In this document: positions 59,509 through 64,000 of the stretch, piece after piece
Position numbering within the stretch: the first letter of the stretch is position 1
Layout of the letters: each line of letters opens with the position of its first letter
Virus record (IMG/VR): IMGVR_UViG_3300040801_000524
Coordinates: 9,742-73,741 of that record
Length of the DNA: 64,000 nt
Reading direction: 5' to 3' (one strand)
Source: a virus
Notes under the pieces: model-generated
Told to the model about the DNA's origin: nothing
The model's input: the letters and a program-made list of their open reading frames with translations, nothing else
Database searches by the model: none
Translations under genes and position numbers: made by a program

Positions 59509-60969
59509 ATGAAATCCTTCAAAAAATTCATCGCTGAAGGACTGGAAGCTGAACTTATCGGCTTGCTGAAGTCCTTTGGTGCCGGTGAAATCGAGGTCGA
59601 AGAAGATCATCTTTCGACAACCCTTCGCAAGAAGCAACAGGTGTGGGATATTATCGCACGTCTGCCAGCGTGGGTTGACTACGATGTATTCGTCTACGAA
59701 ACCGATCCGGCAACCGCTGGCAAGTCACTTGAGAACCCGGCCGGTACAGACAACACCGGTATCGCATTCGATGGGGAAGACGGACATCCGGACAATTCCT
59801 ACATCGATGATGAAATCGGATTCGAAGACTTGACAGATCAGTTCCACGAATACGAACTGGTTGTTTATCTCTACAACACAGAGATGGACATGGTTGAAGA
59901 GTCCAAGAAGGAAAAGAAAGAGAAGAACTCCAAAACCGCTGCCGAAGAAGATCAGGGTGATGGTGGTTCCGACACCGCTGGCACAGATGCCGAGTACGAA
60001 TGGGTTGAGATGGATGACAATTCATATCTCTCCGAAGGTGCTGTTGACAAAGGGTCTGAGAAGACCGTCAAAGTCAAGAAGGGTTCCAAGACCATCACCA
60101 TCGTGGCTACCGCTGTTGACAAGTACAAGAAAGACGGCTGGACACTGGTTGAAGGTACCTTGGCCGAGCGCAGACGTATCATCAAGGTCAACGCACGTGG
60201 TCAGAGACGCATCAAGATCAAGTGCAAAAAGGGATACAAGTACGCCAACGGCAAGTGTATCAAGATCACCGGTTCTGAGATGACCAAGAAAAGACGTGCC
60301 ATCAAGAAGTCCGTTCGTACCAAGAAGCAAAAGGGTTCTGGATTCCAGCGCAGAGTCCAACGTCTGCGCAAGCGTGCGTTGAAGAAGCGTAAGTCAATGG
60401 GTCTGAACACCGGCTTCGATGTTCAGGCACAGATGCCGAAGACTCACAGTCTGAAGCAAAGCCACGAACCGGCCGGTGAACAACTGTCTGAAGGTCGCAC
60501 ATACAAGAATGGTGCCAAGATTGACACCAAGAAAACCGAAGTCGTGTACAAGGTTCCGTCCAAAGACGGCAAGTCCACCTTCGTGGTTGTGTATGTGGAG
60601 AACCCGAAAGGTGCCGGTTCCCAAGACAAGTACGAGATGTACACCGTTGACAAGGGATTCAACGTGGTTCTGTCTCATGGTACCCACCCATCTCTTGAGG
60701 GTTCCAAGAAGTTCGCCAAATCCCGTGGTCTGGCCGAATCTGTGGAAGAACTGGACGAAGCCCGCTACCCGGTGGGTAAGTACGGTGCGAAGTCCCGTGG
60801 AGATGCCAAAGCACAGTGGATGAAGACATACGAACAAGAAGTCAACAACCGCAAAGACGCCAAGGGCATGGCCGGAAAAATCGACTGGAATGTCGCAACA
60901 CACAACTTCTTCATGGGTGTCGATGCCAAAACGGCCGCACAAACCGTGAAGATGCCTTGGAAGGAGTAA
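59509..60969 (+). CDS. gp68: Expanded gp68-like prohead core / internal polyprotein
   Basis: Leader MKSFKKFIAE; internal basic gp68-like block RRAIKK..RTKK....RKRALKKRKSMGL; several (L/I)xE sites; lies before gp21. Confidence 0.55.
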   Translation: MKSFKKFIAEGLEAELIGLLKSFGAGEIEVEEDHLSTTLRKKQQVWDIIARLPAWVDYDVFVYETDPATAGKSLENPAGTDNTGIAFDGEDGHPDNSYIDDEIGFEDLTDQFHEYELVVYLYNTEMDMVEESKKEKKEKNSKTAAEEDQGDGGSDTAGTDAEYEWVEMDDNSYLSEGAVDKGSEKTVKVKKGSKTITIVATAVDKYKKDGWTLVEGTLAERRRIIKVNARGQRRIKIKCKKGYKYANGKCIKITGSEMTKKRRAIKKSVRTKKQKGSGFQRRVQRLRKRALKKRKSMGLNTGFDVQAQMPKTHSLKQSHEPAGEQLSEGRTYKNGAKIDTKKTEVVYKVPSKDGKSTFVVVYVENPKGAGSQDKYEMYTVDKGFNVVLSHGTHPSLEGSKKFAKSRGLAESVEELDEARYPVGKYGAKSRGDAKAQWMKTYEQEVNNRKDAKGMAGKIDWNVATHNFFMGVDAKTAAQTVKMPWKE

Positions 60970-60976
60970 AACAAGA

Positions 60977-61294
60977 ATGGGCACCCAAATGGAAAAGTAT
61001 CTGAAGGCCCTATCCGGTCAACACGGTATGGTTCCGGCACACTCACTTCGTGAGAATGTTCGAACCATGCGTGGGCTGGAAGAAACCTTCAGAAAGGACC
61101 TTCACGGCATGCTTGTGGCTTTGGGCCGAAGAGACATGTCGCTTGTCGAGAACGCAATCACCAAAATGGAATCCACCATCACCGAAGCAAAATCACTTGT
61201 TGAAAAAGTACGTTGCGAAGCTGAAGGTGTGAAGAAGGACGATGTGGATTCCAAAGACAAGGAAGACGAAGAAGAAAAGGAGTCAGACGAATGA
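60977..61294 (+). CDS. Hypothetical helical protein in the head operon
   Basis: SD aaggag; overlaps the gp21 start (ATGA). Confidence 0.6.
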   Translation: MGTQMEKYLKALSGQHGMVPAHSLRENVRTMRGLEETFRKDLHGMLVALGRRDMSLVENAITKMESTITEAKSLVEKVRCEAEGVKKDDVDSKDKEDEEEKESDE

Positions 61295-61938
61295 AGCTGA
61301 TTACTGACGTACTGGAAGAATCCAAGCTGATCATCGAAGAGAACGATGGGGTAAAGAACTACTTCATCGAAGGTATCTTCATGCAATCCGGGATCAAGAA
61401 CCGCAATGGCCGCATGTACCCACGTGAAGTCATGGAAGGTCAGATCAACAAGTACAACGAAAACTTCGTTACCCGTGGCCGTGCTATGGGTGAGCTTGGT
61501 CACCCGGAAAACCCGACCGTCAACTTGGAACGTGTCTCTCACAACATCGTCCGTCTTCAATACGAATCTCAGACTGATGTAACCGGCCGTGCGAAGCTGT
61601 TGGATACCCCATACGGCAACATCGCAAAGTCGCTGGTGAAAGAAGGCATCCAATTGGGTGTATCAAGCCGTGGCCTTGGTTCTATCAAGGAATCCGGTGG
61701 TGCAGCCGTTGTACAAAACGATTTCTACCTTGCTGCTGTGGACATCGTTGCTGATCCGTCCGCACCGAGTGCGTTCGTCAACGGCATCATGGAAAACCGT
61801 GAGTGGATTTACGAAGGTGGTCTACTGGTTGAACGTGATGTTGAAGACTTCCAAAAGCGGGTGAACGAAGCGGCAAGAAAGGGAAGAACTGAAAAAGAAG
61901 TGATCGCTATCTTCGAAACGCTTCTACGAAAGTTCTGA
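61291..61938 (+). CDS. gp21: Prohead protease
   Basis: MKLI.., IEGIF.Q....NRNGR.YP, A.GEL.HP, VSH, GVSSRGLGS, D.VADPSAP.AFV.GIME. Confidence 0.96.
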   Translation: MKLITDVLEESKLIIEENDGVKNYFIEGIFMQSGIKNRNGRMYPREVMEGQINKYNENFVTRGRAMGELGHPENPTVNLERVSHNIVRLQYESQTDVTGRAKLLDTPYGNIAKSLVKEGIQLGVSSRGLGSIKESGGAAVVQNDFYLAAVDIVADPSAPSAFVNGIMENREWIYEGGLLVERDVEDFQKRVNEAARKGRTEKEVIAIFETLLRKF

Positions 61939-61940
61939 TC

Positions 61941-61948
61941 TATAAATA
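61941..61948 (+). promoter_or_regulatory. Late promoter TATAAATA
   Basis: Exact T4 late consensus upstream of gp22. Confidence 0.88.
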
Positions 61949-61983
61949 TACAGTGTAAAACGATAACTCTAAGGAGAATCCAT

Positions 61984-62727
61984 ATGTCGAAAAAGAATGA
62001 CAAACAGGATACTCAGGAAGTGAACCTTGCTGAAGAAGTGAAGGGCCTGTTCGAAGGTGCGGAAGTTACTCCGGAATTCGAAGAGAAGGTCTCCACCATT
62101 CTTGAGGCTGTGGTTTCTTCCCGTGTCCAAGAAGCCGAAGCATCCCTGAAGGAAGACTACGAAACCAAGCTGGCCGAAGCTGTCGAAGCCAACGCTTCCG
62201 AAGTCGAAGATACCATCAACAAGTATCTGGACTACGTGGTCACCGAGTGGATGGAAGAGAACAAGCTGGCAGTTGAAAGCGGTATCAAAACCGAGATCAC
62301 TGAAGGCTTCATTCAAGGTTTGAAAGACCTGTTCGAGACCCACTACGTGGAAGTCCCGGAAGGTAAAGAAGACCTGTTGGCCAAAGCGGAAGCCAAGGCC
62401 GAGGACCTTGAAGGTAAACTTCATGAGTCCATCGATACCATTGCCACTTTGAAGGCACAGGTTCAGGACAACGAACGTGCGAACGTCATGCGTGAGCAAT
62501 CCGAAGGTCTGACCGACACCCAGAAAGAGAAGTTGGCATCGCTGGTTGAAGGTGTTGAATACGTTGACACCGAAACCTTCACCAAGAAGGTAACAACCAT
62601 TCGTGAATCGTTCTTCAAAGATTCCAAGGAAACCAAGGAAACCAAGAAGGACCTGAACGAAGAAGCACAGGGTGATAACAAGGGCAACGACAAGATGTCC
62701 CGCTATCTGAAAGCCCTGAGAAGCTAA
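61984..62727 (+). CDS. gp22: Prohead scaffolding/core protein
   Basis: EF..K...I.EA.V, YL.YVV.EWM.EN..A.E.GI..EI.E.F..GLK.LF..HY..VPE, L...QKEK...L.E.V, M..Y..AL. Confidence 0.93.
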   Translation: MSKKNDKQDTQEVNLAEEVKGLFEGAEVTPEFEEKVSTILEAVVSSRVQEAEASLKEDYETKLAEAVEANASEVEDTINKYLDYVVTEWMEENKLAVESGIKTEITEGFIQGLKDLFETHYVEVPEGKEDLLAKAEAKAEDLEGKLHESIDTIATLKAQVQDNERANVMREQSEGLTDTQKEKLASLVEGVEYVDTETFTKKVTTIRESFFKDSKETKETKKDLNEEAQGDNKGNDKMSRYLKALRS

Positions 62728-62751
62728 TCTCTGGGAATAAACAACAAGTTT

Positions 62752-62759
62752 ACTAAATA
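62752..62759 (+). promoter_or_regulatory. Late promoter ACTAAATA
   Basis: Intergenic, upstream of the gp23 SD aaggag. Confidence 0.75.
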
Positions 62760-62789
62760 AGTAAAACGAATCTCAAAAGGAGAACACAT

Positions 62790-64000
62790 ATGTCCAAAGA
62801 AACACTTGACGTTCTTGTTGAAAAGTGGCAGCCGGTCCTTGAGTCGAAAGACGTTCCGGGCATTGCTGACAGCTACAAGACCAAAGTCACCGCACGTCTG
62901 CTGGAAAACCAAGAACAGTTCCTTTCCGAAGCCGGTGAGCCGACCAACGTGGCCGGTAACAACGACTACTGGGACCCGGTTCTGATTTCACTGGTTCGCA
63001 GAATGGCACCGAAGCTGATCGCTTACGATGTAACCGGTGTGCAACCGATGTCTGGTCCTACCGGCCTGATCTTCGCACTGCGTTCCCGTTACGCTGACAA
63101 CGCTGATCTGCGCAACGCTACCGAAGCCCTTCACAACGAAGCTGACACTTCGTACTCCGGTACCGGTACCCACGACCAGACCGACCCGTTCAACCCGGGC
63201 TACGCTACCGGTGTGCCGATTGACACCGCACAGGCTGAAGGATCGGACTTCTGGAACGAGATGGGTATGACCATCGAGAAGACTTCTGTCGAAGCGAAGT
63301 CTCGCCAGCTACGTGCTGACTACTCCATCGAACTGGCACAGGACCTTCGTGCAATCCACGGTCTGGATGCCGAAAACGAACTGGCCAACATCCTGTCCAC
63401 CGAGATCATCGCAGAGATCAACCGTGAAGTGGTTCGTACCATCTATCACATCGCTGTGTTCGGTGCGCAGACCACAACCACTCCGGGTACTTTCGACCTT
63501 GACGTGGATGCGGACGGCCGCTGGTCCGTTGAAAAGTTCAAGGGCCTGATCTTCCAGATCGAGCGTGACGCCAACGCAATCGCTTACCAGACCAGACGTG
63601 GTAAGGGTAACATCATCATCTGTTCCGCTGACGTGGCATCTGCCATGGCAATGGCTGGTGTTCTGGACTACGCCCCGGCACTGAACCAAGGTTCCAACCT
63701 TGACGTTGACGTGACCGGTACCACCTTCGCTGGTACGTTCAAGGGCAAGTTCCGTGTTTACGTGGACCCCTACGCTACCGGTGAGTTCTACGTGGTCGGT
63801 TACCGTGGTGCCAACCAATATGACGCTGGTTTCTTTTATTGTCCTTACGTTCCGCTGCAAATGGTTCGTGCCACCAACCAAGACACCTTCCAGCCAGCAA
63901 TCGGCTTCAAGACCCGCTACGGTCTGGTGTCCAACCCGTTCGTGACCAATGGTCTGGCATCGAACAGCAATTTCTATTACCGGAAGGTAAAAGTTACCAA
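62790..64000 (+). CDS. gp23: Major capsid protein, partial (runs off the window near its C-terminus); not in the supplied ORF track
   Basis: MSKETLDVLVEKWQPVL..TARLLENQ..DPVLISLVRR..GVQPMSGPTGLIFALR..YSIELAQDLRAIHGLDAE..DAGFFYCPYVPL..FQP.IGFKTRYG..N.YYRKV. Confidence 0.97.
   Translation, partial: MSKETLDVLVEKWQPVLESKDVPGIADSYKTKVTARLLENQEQFLSEAGEPTNVAGNNDYWDPVLISLVRRMAPKLIAYDVTGVQPMSGPTGLIFALRSRYADNADLRNATEALHNEADTSYSGTGTHDQTDPFNPGYATGVPIDTAQAEGSDFWNEMGMTIEKTSVEAKSRQLRADYSIELAQDLRAIHGLDAENELANILSTEIIAEINREVVRTIYHIAVFGAQTTTTPGTFDLDVDADGRWSVEKFKGLIFQIERDANAIAYQTRRGKGNIIICSADVASAMAMAGVLDYAPALNQGSNLDVDVTGTTFAGTFKGKFRVYVDPYATGEFYVVGYRGANQYDAGFFYCPYVPLQMVRATNQDTFQPAIGFKTRYGLVSNPFVTNGLASNSNFYYRKVKVT

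Overview
This window is the late (virion morphogenesis) region of a large T4-superfamily myovirus. It opens with the C-terminal tail of a gp32-like ssDNA-binding protein, a terminator and a small ribbon-helix-helix gene. A leftward block follows: gp4, HNH, gp2, gp54-like tube initiator, gp26, a small gp51-like gene, and a tape-measure/gp29-like protein with a C-terminal lysozyme-like domain. The long rightward block runs gp48, gp53, gp27-like, gp5, a ~14 kb accessory module, PAAR, gp25, gp6, gp7, gp8, DUF4815/VrlC-like, a fibre module, gp13-15, gp16, gp17, gp18, gp19, gp20, gp67/68-like core, gp21, gp22 and gp23, which runs off the right edge. Five free-standing homing endonucleases (2 HNH, 3 GIY-YIG) and about 15 relaxed T4-type late promoters (NNTAAATA) are visible. 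Most notable: (1) the 14 kb module between gp5 and PAAR, with many LamG/ConA domains, a ~75-aa adaptor-like domain shared by four proteins, an 1188-aa protein with ~30 (Y/F/R)HG-type repeats and an acidic Cys-rich partner; (2) five genes with T4 capsid-targeting-like leaders, including a J-domain protein, a zeta-like P-loop kinase and a probable polyprotein; (3) a T-TTT-TTA slippery site that would fuse gp26 to gp51 by -1 frameshift upstream of the tape measure; (4) a near-consensus antisense sigma70 promoter beside an AT-rich tract upstream of gp5; (5) a gp15 with no canonical start codon. All protein calls come from motif recognition and gene order by eye; no database searches were run.
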